This document shows, piece after piece, positions 41,126-51,721 of a stretch of 64,000 nucleotides of DNA. The notes beneath the pieces are model-generated. The model searched no databases and was not told the origin of the DNA. It worked only from the letters and a program-made list of their open reading frames with translations. Both the position numbers and the translations under genes were made by a program. Source of the DNA: an uncultured candidate division Zixibacteria bacterium (GTDB taxonomy: Bacteria > Zixibacteria > MSB-5A5 > GN15 > FEB-12). The stretch lies in the NCBI GenBank assembly GCA_963735035.1, contig CAVTJJ010000002.1:1-64000 (forward strand), in the 5' to 3' direction. Each line of letters begins with the position of its first letter. The stretch's first letter is position 1.

Positions 41126-41998
41126 TCACGATGCTGCCGATATAACAAAACCGGCCATTATCGCCACAAACAAACCAAAAAGGTAATAGATCGAATACCG
41201 AAAGAGTCCTTTGACCTGCTGCAACTCACCAGTCCGATAGGCCACCACATTACGCCTTAACAGTTCGAATCCCAGGACTGCTGCAGCCAGCATATAGAGC
41301 CAGCCGGCACCGAGAAATCCCAGAGACAACGTCACCGCCACTAGAATCGCCGCATAGACCAGCATTTGCCGAAGAGTCGAGTGATCTCCCTTAACCAGCG
41401 GCATCATGGGAAGGCCGGTCACCCGGTAGTCATCTTTGAAAGCGATAGCCAGCGACCAGAAATGGGGCGGAGTCCAGAGGAATATGATCGCGAACATGAT
41501 CCAGGGAATCCAACCGGTCGACCCGGTCGCCGCCGCCCAGGCTCCCACTGGAGCCATCGCTCCGGCCGCCCCGCCTATTACGATGTTCTGGGTCGTGCTT
41601 GGTTTCAGTACCAGCGTGTAAAACAAACCGTAGAAGAGTATCGTTGCGAGGGACAGAAGCGCCGCCAGCCAGTTGAAGAAGAACGCCAGGATCACCAGCC
41701 CGACCGCCCCAATCCCAATCGAGAAAGTCAGCGCCTGAGCCGGAGTGAGTTGCTTCAAAGGCAACGGTCGTCGTCCCGCTGTGCGGGTCATCTTCGCATC
41801 GAGGTCCCGTTCGAAGTACTGGTTCAATGAGTTGGCGCAGCCTCCTGTCAGAAACAAGCCGAGCATGAACAACAGGAACCGTCCCGGATGGCCCAGCATG
41901 CTTCCCTCGACCACCAACGCCGCCCCACCGGTGAACAGGACTAGCAGCATGATGGTCGGCTTAGTCAGCTTCAAATATGTCGAAATTGTAGCGCCCAT
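41126..41998 (-). CDS. ctaB: Protoheme IX farnesyltransferase (heme O synthase)
   Basis: LTKP, NQYFERDLDAKMTRT, QNIVIGGAAGA, WTPPHFWSLA, DDY. Confidence 0.93.
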   Translation of the reverse strand: MGATISTYLKLTKPTIMLLVLFTGGAALVVEGSMLGHPGRFLLFMLGLFLTGGCANSLNQYFERDLDAKMTRTAGRRPLPLKQLTPAQALTFSIGIGAVGLVILAFFFNWLAALLSLATILFYGLFYTLVLKPSTTQNIVIGGAAGAMAPVGAWAAATGSTGWIPWIMFAIIFLWTPPHFWSLAIAFKDDYRVTGLPMMPLVKGDHSTLRQMLVYAAILVAVTLSLGFLGAGWLYMLAAAVLGFELLRRNVVAYRTGELQQVKGLFRYSIYYLFGLFVAIMAGFVISAAS

Positions 41999-42104
41999 AA
42001 CACCCGCGAAATTTACAGAAACAACGGCGGATGATCCGATTGGTTCCCCAAAACGTCGGTCGAGCGCAATCTTCTTCTCTACCCGACGATTCCCGCCCAG
42101 AGCA

Positions 42105-42815
42105 TCAATGACAGGACTTGATTTCAGTCTGACCTCCAGGGTTGTGATCTATCTTTGGGCTCACGTAAGGTATTCCGAGCGACATGCCGCGCATCACGAA
42201 TAGCAAACCCAAAACCACCGCCCCCACGGGTACCAGTCGCCGCAATTTCATTCGCAGCCCACTGCCGATCAGGCGTCCGATTAAAGAGACTGCCAACATG
42301 GCCGGAAATGTCCCGGCCCCGAACACGGCCATATAAAGCGCCCCCGGCAACGGCGCCCCGGTAGTAGCCGCTCCGGCTAATGCGACATAGACCAAACCGC
42401 ACGGTAAGAATCCGTTCAGCAGCCCGATTACGAACATGGACTTCACCGAATTCTGCGCGAACAGCCGCCCCCAGAATCGACGGATCGGCTCGAACAGCCG
42501 GGCGTGCAGCCTTGAGCCGAACAGCACTGCCCCGAATCTGCCCGGCAGAAACACTGAGAGCAAGATCACAACGCCGAGGGCGATAGAAAGCACCTGCTGG
42601 TAACCGGAGACTCGGATCGTCTGCCCCACCAATCCGGCGGCAAGGCCTAGCACGCTATATGTCAGAATGCGTCCGAGATTGTAAGTAGCCCGACCTGCGA
42701 GATGCCGGGCGCGCGAGATGCCACTCACCGGCAACGCCACCGCAATCGGACCGCACATACCTATGCAGTGAAGGCTGCCTGCAAATCCAATTATGAATGC
42801 CGTCCAGATTTCCAT
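42105..42815 (-). CDS. DsbD_2/TauE-like membrane protein of cbb3 maturation clusters
   Basis: SLHCIGMCGP, YNLGRI, NGFLPCGLVY. Confidence 0.85.
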   Translation of the reverse strand: MEIWTAFIIGFAGSLHCIGMCGPIAVALPVSGISRARHLAGRATYNLGRILTYSVLGLAAGLVGQTIRVSGYQQVLSIALGVVILLSVFLPGRFGAVLFGSRLHARLFEPIRRFWGRLFAQNSVKSMFVIGLLNGFLPCGLVYVALAGAATTGAPLPGALYMAVFGAGTFPAMLAVSLIGRLIGSGLRMKLRRLVPVGAVVLGLLFVMRGMSLGIPYVSPKIDHNPGGQTEIKSCH

Positions 42816-42825
42816 ATCTCCCAAC

Positions 42826-43290
42826 CTACGGAATTATCAGTTTCGACTGATATAAGTAAGTTGTCGAATCGACCGCCCAGTCAACTTCGATTCGCCAGAG
42901 CCCTCTCGCCAGACCGGCCAGCGATATTTCCTGCGATCCGGAAGAATCGAGACTCAGCGTCCAGTTCCTGTCAAACCGTTCGTTAGAAGGCCGCATCAAG
43001 CGCACTTGGCCTTCCACCAGTGCCCTGCCCCCAAATCCGGGAATTCGAATCGTCATATTCTGGGACGAAGGGTTCGGCTCGATTGTCACACCGCTGTCGA
43101 GGGCGACTGTCCGGTTGACCTGGTCGATGCGTCCCTGGTAGTTCAAACCCTTTTCATACGGATGGTCCTCTACCAATTCGACGTCTTGAATCGAAGCGTA
43201 CAGGACAAGCCCCAGCACAAACACCACAAACCCACCGTAGAAGACAAATGATCCTATCCCCCAGGCCGATTTCCAAAACGATTTGCTCAT
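42826..43290 (-). CDS. ccoH: FixH/CcoH family protein
   Basis: WG plus TM, LVEDHPYEKGLNYQ, RPSN, GLWR; follows ccoG. Confidence 0.75.
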   Translation of the reverse strand: MSKSFWKSAWGIGSFVFYGGFVVFVLGLVLYASIQDVELVEDHPYEKGLNYQGRIDQVNRTVALDSGVTIEPNPSSQNMTIRIPGFGGRALVEGQVRLMRPSNERFDRNWTLSLDSSGSQEISLAGLARGLWRIEVDWAVDSTTYLYQSKLIIP

Positions 43291-44705
43291 TTGCGGCCCC
43301 CGGGGTCCGGTCCCATAAACGACGTAGTCAGTCTTTCCAGAACATCGGTGCCACTCAGAATTTCGATTTGTACTAGGGTCGAAGCGCTGAACAGTTGGGT
43401 GCGAGGGATGTCAACAAAGAACGCCGATTCGATCACACCTTCCGGGGCGATTACCAGATCGCCGCCGACCATTGAAATAGCCCCACCTTTGGGAGCTGTC
43501 AGTTGGAGCTGCACGGGAATTTCTTTGAAGGTCTTGTTTACCAGCCTCAGCGTGTAGAGATTTCTGATCGTTCCCGGCACCGTTTCATAATAGAGCGTTC
43601 CCGGCGGACGCAGGATAGTAGCCTGAACATCGGACCGGGTCACGAGTAGAGTCGTCAGGATAGTCGCGAGCGCGACGAAAGCCAGCGAATACACGACCAC
43701 CCTGCCAGTCAGACGGAAACCGCGCTGCATTTTCAGTCGGGCTTCCGAGGTGTATCGGATCAATCCCTCGGGCAGGCCGACCCGGCGCATGATGCCGTTA
43801 CAGGCATCGATGCAGGCCGCACAATTGACACATTCGAGCTGGGTGCCGTTGCGTATATCAATACCGGTCGGGCAGACCGCCACACAGGCGCTGCAGGCCA
43901 CACAGTCGCCCAGTCCGGACCGATCTTGTCCTTTCTGGAATTTCGTCCTGGGTTCACCCCGACCGTAATCGTACGCCACCTGAATGGAATTCGTATCGAG
44001 CAGGACCCCCTGCAGCCGCCCGTAGGGACAGACCATAGTACACGCCTGTTCCCTGAACCAGGAAAACACGCCGAAGAACAGTAGCGTGAATACTACAATC
44101 GCAATAAACCCAACCACGTGTTCGGCTACCGGCTGGCTCATGATGTGGAACAGGACATCAACACCTATGATGTACGCCAGAAGAAGATTACAGATCACGA
44201 ACGAGAGGACAAAGAAGATCCCCTGTTTGAGTATCCACTTGGCCAGCTTGACTTCGGTCCAGGGGCCTTCGCGCAGTTTGCGTTGTTTCGCCGGACCTCC
44301 GTCGATCCAATACTCGATTCGACGGAAGACTATTTCCATAAACACTGTCTGAGGACAAATCCAGCCGCAGAAGAGGCGCCCGAAGATCGCCGTAAAGAGC
44401 ACTATGAAAATCAACAGCGTCAGGATCGCCAATACGAAGAGATAGAAATCCTGCGGACGAAACACGAGTCCGAAAATGATGAAGTTTCGGCTGAGTAAAT
44501 CAAGCAAGACTAACGGCTGGCCGTGGAGCTTAATGAACGGCGCAGCAAACAGAAATACGAGCAGCCCGACCGCCACCAGCGTCCGCGCGGTGTACAGACG
44601 CCCTTTCGGCTGAAGCGGATAGACCCAGAGCCGTCGACCAGTGCGGTCGGCGGTGGCGATCTTGTCTCTGAAGCTATCCGGCTCTTTCCCGGTGTCAGCG
44701 GTCAC
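43287..44705 (-). CDS. ccoG: Cytochrome c oxidase accessory protein CcoG/FixG
   Basis: GRLFCGWICPQTVFME, CTMVCPYGRLQ, CVACSACVAVCPTGIDIRNG, CVNCAACIDAC. Confidence 0.93.
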   Translation of the reverse strand: MTADTGKEPDSFRDKIATADRTGRRLWVYPLQPKGRLYTARTLVAVGLLVFLFAAPFIKLHGQPLVLLDLLSRNFIIFGLVFRPQDFYLFVLAILTLLIFIVLFTAIFGRLFCGWICPQTVFMEIVFRRIEYWIDGGPAKQRKLREGPWTEVKLAKWILKQGIFFVLSFVICNLLLAYIIGVDVLFHIMSQPVAEHVVGFIAIVVFTLLFFGVFSWFREQACTMVCPYGRLQGVLLDTNSIQVAYDYGRGEPRTKFQKGQDRSGLGDCVACSACVAVCPTGIDIRNGTQLECVNCAACIDACNGIMRRVGLPEGLIRYTSEARLKMQRGFRLTGRVVVYSLAFVALATILTTLLVTRSDVQATILRPPGTLYYETVPGTIRNLYTLRLVNKTFKEIPVQLQLTAPKGGAISMVGGDLVIAPEGVIESAFFVDIPRTQLFSASTLVQIEILSGTDVLERLTTSFMGPDPGGRK

Positions 44706-44714
44706 ATTCCATCC

Positions 44715-45386
44715 TCAATAAGTCACTAAATCACCCTGCGGCGCGCGCGCATTCGGTGGATTGGAGCCGCGCAGGGTCAGGATATAGCTGGCGACGTTGA
44801 TAATTTCGTTCTCCTTGAGTGTGCCCAACCAGGCAATCATCCCCTTGGCGGGCCAACCGTACTTGACGGTCCGCACGAGGTCAGAAATCTTGCCTCCGTG
44901 AATCCAGTAGTCGTCGGTCAGGTTCGGTCCTACTCCTCCCTCACCCAGCTTGCCGTGACATTGGGCGCAAATCGTAACGAAAGTCTTGTGCCCGCTCGCC
45001 AGAAGATTCGGATCGGTTACCGCCAGGTACGTGACCGTATCATTCTCGCGGGTCATGAAGACAACCGCTTTTTGCGGTCCGGCCAGAAGGTCCATGCGAG
45101 GCGTTCGGTCACCTCCCGGTTGATACAACGGTGAACGATACTCCGGCAGCACTCCCAGCACACGATTGTCGGCCGTGGACACTCTTCGATAGTTCGGATC
45201 CATCTCCTGACGGTATTGATCGTCCTGAAGATACCCAACTCGCAAGACATGGTAGTAGGCCATGTAGAGCACGGCGAATACTATCGTGGCATAGAATAGA
45301 TACAGCCACCAGCGCGGCAGGAAATTGTCCAACTCCTGGATGCCGTCGTATTCGTGATTTATCGGATCGTCTTTAGGTTCGTTCAT
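44715..45386 (-). CDS. ccoP: cbb3-type oxidase subunit CcoP (monoheme)
   Basis: HEYDGIQELDNFLPRWW N-terminus, single CAQCH, GPNLTDDYWIHG. Confidence 0.88.
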   Translation of the reverse strand: MNEPKDDPINHEYDGIQELDNFLPRWWLYLFYATIVFAVLYMAYYHVLRVGYLQDDQYRQEMDPNYRRVSTADNRVLGVLPEYRSPLYQPGGDRTPRMDLLAGPQKAVVFMTRENDTVTYLAVTDPNLLASGHKTFVTICAQCHGKLGEGGVGPNLTDDYWIHGGKISDLVRTVKYGWPAKGMIAWLGTLKENEIINVASYILTLRGSNPPNARAPQGDLVTY

Positions 45387-45607
45387 AGTTTCGTCCTTCC
45401 GATCTCACGGGCAGTGTCTACTGGAGTCGGGGCGCCGAGTTCCCCACTCGGACTATCAAGCGGTAGTCGGCTCGCGTGTTCGACCTCATCGGGTCGCATC
45501 CGCCAGGTGGTAATGAGTATCACGAGAAAACCGCCCAGGCAGAGAAAGAGACCCAGCAGCGGGAAGATCGCCACACTCTCAATCGATTTGAGTACTTCCT
45601 GAATCAT
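45383..45607 (-). CDS. ccoQ: cbb3-type oxidase subunit CcoQ
   Basis: Small single-TM protein with HASRLPL, between ccoO and ccoP. Confidence 0.75.
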   Translation of the reverse strand: MIQEVLKSIESVAIFPLLGLFLCLGGFLVILITTWRMRPDEVEHASRLPLDSPSGELGAPTPVDTAREIGRTKL

Positions 45608-45625
45608 CGTATCTCCAAGTGACTC

Positions 45626-47757
45626 CTATGGCACCGCCGGCGTCTGAGTCTTGATATCGATTCCTAACCGCTGCAGATATGCGATAAGCGCTATCAGTTT
45701 CGACTGCGGATCGGCCGTAATTTGGGCGGCGCTCAGACCGAGAACTATCTTGTCCGCCTGAGCTTTCATGTCGGCGACCGCGAGAGTGTCATAGCCGTCC
45801 GGGTACGGCACACCGAGCTTCCGCATCACCCTGATCTTAGTCGGTGTATCGGACGCATCTACCTTCTGCGTGGCCAGCCAGAGGAAACGAGGCATGATCG
45901 ACCCCGGCGACATCGTGGTGGGATCGATCAAATGATTCCAATGCCAGGCATCGGGGAACTTGCCCCCTTCGCGATGCAAATCCGGCCCCGTTCGCTTGGA
46001 GCCCCACTGGAACGGATGATCGTAAACATACTCACCGGCCTTCGAATACTCGCCGTAGCGCTCGGTTTCGGAACGGAACGGCCGCACCATCTGCGAATGA
46101 CAATTGTAGCACCCTTCTGATACGTAGATATCCCGTCCTTCGAGCTCAAGCGGTGTATAGGGCTGCACGGCTTTGATACTCGGTATATTCGATCGTATCA
46201 AGAAGGTGGGTATGGCCTCGACCAGACCGCCAAAGGCCACCGCCACCAGCGCCAGGACCAGGAACAGAACCGGCTTCCTTTCCAGAATGCGATGTCTGTA
46301 CGGATCGTGTCCTTCGTGCGGGGCGAGCTTCTCCAGTGCGGGGGCTTCAGCTGCTTCATCTCTAATCAGCACCCCCTGTCTCATTGTCTTTGACAAGTTG
46401 TAGACACCGATTACCGTTCCCGACAGGAAGAGAAAGCCGCCGGTGGCACGAATGACGTACATCGGGATTATCTGAAGCACCGTCTCAAGGAAGTTCGGAT
46501 ACTGCAGGAAACCTTCGGGAGAGAACTGCTTCCACATCAGACTCTGAGTAATGCCGGCAAAGTACATCGGCAGCACGTAGACCAGAATGCCGAGAAAACT
46601 GATCCAGAAATGGTACTCAGCCAGCTTCTTCGAGAACAGTTGGGTACCGAACAATCGTGGTACCATCCAATAGAGCATCCCGAACGTCAGGAATCCGTTC
46701 CATCCGAGCGCCCCGACGTGTACGTGGGCGACGGTCCAATCGGTATAATGCGATATGGCGTTGACCGACTTGATAGCCAGCATCGGTCCCTTCGAACGTA
46801 GCCATCCCGTAGGCCGTCACGGCCACTACGAAGAATTTCAGAGTGGCATCATCGCGCACTTTGTCCCACGCCCCGCGGAGCGTCATCAGGCCGTTCAGCA
46901 TGCCACCCCATGAAGGGGCAATCAGCATCAAGGAGAACACCATACCCAGCGACTGCGCCCAATCAGGCAATGCGGTGTAGAGCAAATGATGTGGCCCGGC
47001 CCAGATGTAGATGAATATCAGCGACCAGAAATGAACTATCGACAGACGATACGAAAACACCGGACGATTAGCCGCTTTCGGCAGGTAGTAGTACATCAAC
47101 CCGAGGAAACGGCGTGGTCAGGAAGAATGCCACCGCGTTGTGACCGTACCACCATTGTACAAGGGCGTCCTGCACCCCGGCGTAGATCGGGTAACTCTTG
47201 AGAAATGAGACCGGCAGTTCGAGCGAATTGACAATGTGAAGCAGCGCCACTGTCACGAAGGTCGAGATGTAGAACCAGATTGACACGTACATATGTCGTT
47301 CGCGCCGTTTGAAAATTGTCCCGAACATGTTCCACCCGAAAACGACCCAGATGACGGCTATAGCAATATCAATCGGCCACTCCAGTTCGGCATATTCTTT
47401 GCCGACCGAAATGCCGTTCACGAGTGTCAAAGCGGCGGCAACGATGATGATCTGCCAGCCCCAGAAGTTGATTTTGCTCAGGAGATCGCTGTACATGCGG
47501 GCCTTGCACAGGCGCTGCAGCGAGTAATAGACACCCGCAAAGATAGCATTGCCCACGAAAGCGAAAATGACCGCATTGGTGTGCAGCGGCCGGATACGGC
47601 TGAACGTGGTCGGCCCGAAACCGAAATTCAACTGAGGCAAAAACAACTGCGTAGCCGCGAGCAGCCCCACGGTCATACCTACCACACCCCAGACAATCGT
47701 GGCAATGCTGAAATTCCTTACGATCGTATTGTCATACTTGAACGACTCTACCGCCAT
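45626..47757 (-). CDS. ccoN: Fused cbb3-type oxidase subunits CcoN-CcoO (frameshifts ~47108 and ~46788)
   Basis: [39 protein letters not shown], then in frame [23 protein letters not shown]. Confidence 0.9.
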
Positions 47758-47769
47758 GCGATCGCGCTC

Positions 47770-47937
47770 CTACTGATGTTCTCGTTTATGTCTCTCTGTT
47801 CCAGATCCAAATAGCATCCTGAAAGCGGGCGTGCTCAAATCGTCGAACTGGCCCTTTCGAAGCGCCCAGATAAACGCCGCCAGGAAACCGGCTGCCGCCA
47901 GAATCGAGAAACCTATCAGGACAACCATTACTTCCAT
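47770..47937 (-). CDS. ccoS: cbb3 oxidase assembly protein CcoS (missed by ORF track)
   Basis: 55 aa MEVMVVLIGFSILAAAGFLAAFIWALRKGQFDDLSTPAFRML with the GQFDD signature. Confidence 0.88.
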   Translation of the reverse strand: MEVMVVLIGFSILAAAGFLAAFIWALRKGQFDDLSTPAFRMLFGSGTERHKREHQ

Positions 47938-47939
47938 GT

Positions 47940-50371
47940 TCAGATCACCCCCCTGCGACGCGCCAGGTAACCGGTCGCGAGCGTTGAAAAAAGCACCACC
48001 GTAGCGGAACTGGCCGGCATGAGCACCGCCGCCAGCACCGGCGAAAGCCGCCCCTGAACCGCAAAGGCCAACCCGATCAAATTGTACGCCAGTGAAATCC
48101 CAAAACTGATTTTGATCACGGTCACCGTGCCCCGCGCCAGACTGATCATGTCAGGCAGACGGTGGAAACTTCGCGCGCCAAGCACGGCGTCAGAGGCCGG
48201 CGTGAAAGCAGCATCATCTTCGACCACGGTCACACCGACAGCGGCCGACCTGAGAGCGCCGGCGTCGTTCAGCCCGTCCCCCACCATAATCACCCTTTCG
48301 CCCGCCTGAACCATACGATTAACATAACGAAGCTTATCCGACGGCGACTGCTTAAAAAACAGCGCCACATCGGGCCCGACAACTTCCTGCACCCTGACCC
48401 GATCCCCCTCATGATCGCCCGAGATCAGCGAGAGCTTCAGTTTGGTAGCCAACTCTGCCACCACTTGTTTCAGCCCGGGACGGAACTGGTTAGCGAAAAG
48501 AAAGTGACCTCGTACGACACCGTCAAACGCGACAAACACGGTATTGGATTGGACTCATCGTCGGCTGGACCAAGCCCCAGATATTCAGCCGAACCGATTC
48601 GAACGCTGTGACCGTCAATCGCACCCCCAAGCCCCATTCCGGGCACTTCTTCAAAATTGTCCACCGCGCTTCCGTTGCTGTCGGTCAGCAAGGCACACAG
48701 GCGGATTGACAACGGGTGCGACGATTGACGGACCAGAGCGTGTATGGCCGCCTTCTCCTGCGCTTGCAGCGGTTGCCCGACAAACTGAGGCTCGGACGCG
48801 CCCGACTGTGTGATCGTGCCGGTCTTATCGAATACAAGCGCCGTGCATCCCGCGAGAGATTCGACGACCGAAGAATCCTTGAGAAAGAATCTCGCCCGTC
48901 CCATCAGGCGCTGAGCGGTACCGAGAGCAAATGGCGAAGCCAGCGCCAGCGCGCACGGACAAGCCACGATCAGAACTGACAACGCGGCAAACCAGGCTTT
49001 CGACGGATTAACCGCCAGCCAGAACACCGTTGTGGCCGCAGCGACGATCAATACTGCGGGGGTGAAATATCGTCCGGCCCTATTGGACAGCGTGCCGAGC
49101 CTCGGCTGCTGTGCGACCAGCGATTCGGCTTCTTCCCAGAGTTGAAGGAGATAGCTTCGCGACGGTTCCCGGGTCACTTCGACTTCAATCACCGATCCGA
49201 TCTGCCGCCCTCCCGCGTTAAGCCGATCGCCGGTACTGAGCCTGATCGCCTCGGATTCGCCCGTCACAAAACCGTAGTCAATTTCTGCCACACCGCCTCG
49301 AAGAATTCCGTCCGCCGGGACGATCTCCCCGTTTCGAATTATCAAGGTGTCGCCGATATTGATTTCCTCAAGCGGGACACTTTCCTCGCCCGACTCGACT
49401 TTGCGCATTACGGCGATGGGAAGATAGGATCGATAACCCCGGTAGAACGACAATGCGAAATACGTCTTCTTTTGATACAGCCGCCCAATCAGCAGGAGGA
49501 ATATGAGCGCACAGAGCGAGTCCATGTACCCCGCGCCATTGACAACCAGAACTTCGTAAACCGAATAGACAAACGTCACCGCAATGCCAAGCGCAATGGG
49601 CACATCCATGTTGAGCTGACGCTGCTTCAGACCGCGCAGGGCGGGCCGGAAGAATTCGAGCGCGCTGTAGAAAGTCGTTGCCGCCGCCAGAAGAATTTTC
49701 AGATAGTCCAGAACGTGACTTACCGGTATTTCAGTTGTCCCCTCCAGACCCAGATAACGCGGGAAGCTAAGAAGCATGACATTTCCGGCGGCGAATCCGG
49801 CCACGGCAAGACGACCATAGAGTTGACGATAAGAACGGTCCGGCTTGCTCTTGTCCAGATCGGACAGACTTATTTCTGGCTCATACCCGATTGATGCCAG
49901 CAACGTTACCAGTCTACTAAGCGGGAGTTTCTCAAGCTCGAACGATAGGGAAACCTGCCGCCTCCCAAAATCAACTCGCGAAGATATCACACTAGAATTC
50001 AGCCTATGCAGGTTTTCTATCAGCCAGATACACGAACTGCAGTGTATTTGTGGGACGGAAAAAGTCACCCGTGCCGTCCGGCCATCGTTGAAATCGAGCA
50101 GGCGATCCCGCACACTATCGCGGTCGAGATAGGCGAACCGCTCCGTCTTGCGAGCCAGATCAGGCTTTAGGCCGGGGCGCTCTTCGAAACTGTAATACGT
50201 CCCCAGCCCGCTCGTGTGAAGTAATCCGTATACCGTCTGACAGCCGGCACAGCAAAAATATAGTCCGTCAGATTCGAAACTCCCTTGCCCGCACGGATCA
50301 CCGCAATGGCTGCACACCGCCGCTACGCCGGATTCTTGAGTCTCAATTGTACTTGCCGTCTTGCCGGACAT
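47940..50371 (-). CDS. ccoI: Copper P1B-type ATPase CcoI/FixI (frameshift ~48542)
   Basis: CSHCG/FCCAGC, HCSSC, TGES, ACPCAL, DKTGT, HP, GDGLND. Confidence 0.9.
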
Positions 50372-50418
50372 TTCTGCTCTCTTCACGACAATACGCGACT
50401 ACAGATTACCGTCCCAAT

Positions 50419-50483
50419 CTCGTACACGTGCCCGGCAGATGCCAACTCGTACACGTGCCCGGCAGATGCCTACATCTGCCGGG
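50419..50483. repeat. 27-bp-period direct repeat plus palindrome (CCCGGCAGATG-CCTA-CATCTGCCGGG)
   Basis: CTCGTACACGTGCCCGGCAGATGCC at 50419 and 50446; the same hairpin recurs at 58183-58211. Confidence 0.75.
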
Positions 50484-50671
50484 TTCAAGTACGACACCGG
50501 GCGATCCACTTTCCTGGCTCGAAGGATCCGTCAATACTGTACTATTCCAGTCCATCATATCCAAACATACGATATTCTTGTCTGTTCGGCAACCTTTGCC
50601 GTTGATCCTTGTTCGACATCCTATTACGATAGGCTTCAGTCAGGCCCTGAGTCAACGAAAAGGAAGCTCAC

Positions 50672-51256
50672 ATGAAAGAACGAAAGCTGACGATCCCGGA
50701 AGGTTATAACCCGTCCTCACAGCGCATCATAGCCCTCTTCGCGGCGCAACTCGATGAACAGCTTCGCAAGCTGAAAGAAGCCGTAGCAGAGCTGAACACG
50801 ACCCAGCTCGAATGGCAGCCGCACCCCGGTTTCAATACGGTCGGAATGCTTCTCGCCCACCTGGCTGTGGTGGACGTCTTCTGGATTGTTGTCGCTCCCG
50901 CCGAGATACCGCTCGAATCGGACGGCGACAACCTAATCCTGAAAACCATCGGCATTCGGATGGACGACGACGGTCTCCCGCTGGCCGCCGACGGCCGTCA
51001 CCCCGCAAGCCTGTCGGGCAAGAGCCCGGGCGACTATCTGGACATGCTGGACAAAGCACGCCGCTCAGTGCATGCCACCCTGAAGGAATGGAAAGACACC
51101 GAGTTGGATTCCCCTTACAAGAACCGCGACTTTTCAATCACACGGTCATGGACACTCTATCATGTGTTGGAGCATTTCGCCGCGCACTTGGGGCAGATTC
51201 AACTGCTTAAGCACTTGATGCGAGACGCGGGGGTACTGGAGAAGAAGACGGCTTAG
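50672..51256 (+). CDS. DinB/YfiT-like putative metalloenzyme
   Basis: NTVGMLLAHLA and LYHVLEHFAAHLGQI His triad; AAGGAAG RBS. Confidence 0.85.
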   Translation: MKERKLTIPEGYNPSSQRIIALFAAQLDEQLRKLKEAVAELNTTQLEWQPHPGFNTVGMLLAHLAVVDVFWIVVAPAEIPLESDGDNLILKTIGIRMDDDGLPLAADGRHPASLSGKSPGDYLDMLDKARRSVHATLKEWKDTELDSPYKNRDFSITRSWTLYHVLEHFAAHLGQIQLLKHLMRDAGVLEKKTA

Positions 51257-51402
51257 CGAAACTGGGTTGCTCACCCTTTGTGCGTGCTGGCAAAGCCTCT
51301 TCGCCGTCATCGCAAGTCTCGGTCCGGGTGGGATCGTACCTTAGTCTGACTCAGGCTTCCGGGACCTCACCATGAATGGCCTGTTGAAAAAGCCTGTCTA
51401 AT

Positions 51403-51533
51403 CGTCATTGCGAGCGGAGATGGCCCGCCGCTAGGCGGGACGCCGTAGCGCGGCAATCTCAAGCACGTTGTGGCATCGTCATTTGAGATCGCCACGTCTC
51501 GCCCGCGAAGCGCGGTCGAGACTCGCGATGACG
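51403..51533. repeat. CGTC-type REP-like inverted pair
   Basis: CGTCATTGCGAGCG...GCGCGGCAATCTC and inverted GAGATCGCCACG...CTCGCGATGACG between convergent genes. Confidence 0.6.
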
Positions 51534-51721
51534 GGGAAGGGACTTCTTCAAAAGGCCATGAACGGTGGCCACTATACAAGTCGCCGCCTAAATGCAATGC
51601 GGCAGGTCACACGCCGCCTTCGGCGACGCAAGACCTGCCGCAACAAAGTTCCAACCCCACCATAAATGGTGGGCCACCAGAGATAGGCTTTTCAACAATC
51701 CCGCGGAGCGCCAGACCTCGC

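Noticed and set aside
1334..50371. About eleven frameshifts (larC x2, fhs, NuoF-GltD x2, gatA, actF end, small act gene, ccoN x2, ccoI) as pseudogenes or programmed frameshifting
   Set aside because: They are single-base indels, several in homopolymer runs, in both segments and including the normally essential gatA, with otherwise intact motifs. This pattern is typical of long-read error.
50419..50483. Direct repeats as a CRISPR array
   Set aside because: Only two copies, no spacer and no cas genes. It is a hairpin repeat with a local duplication, possibly a read stutter.
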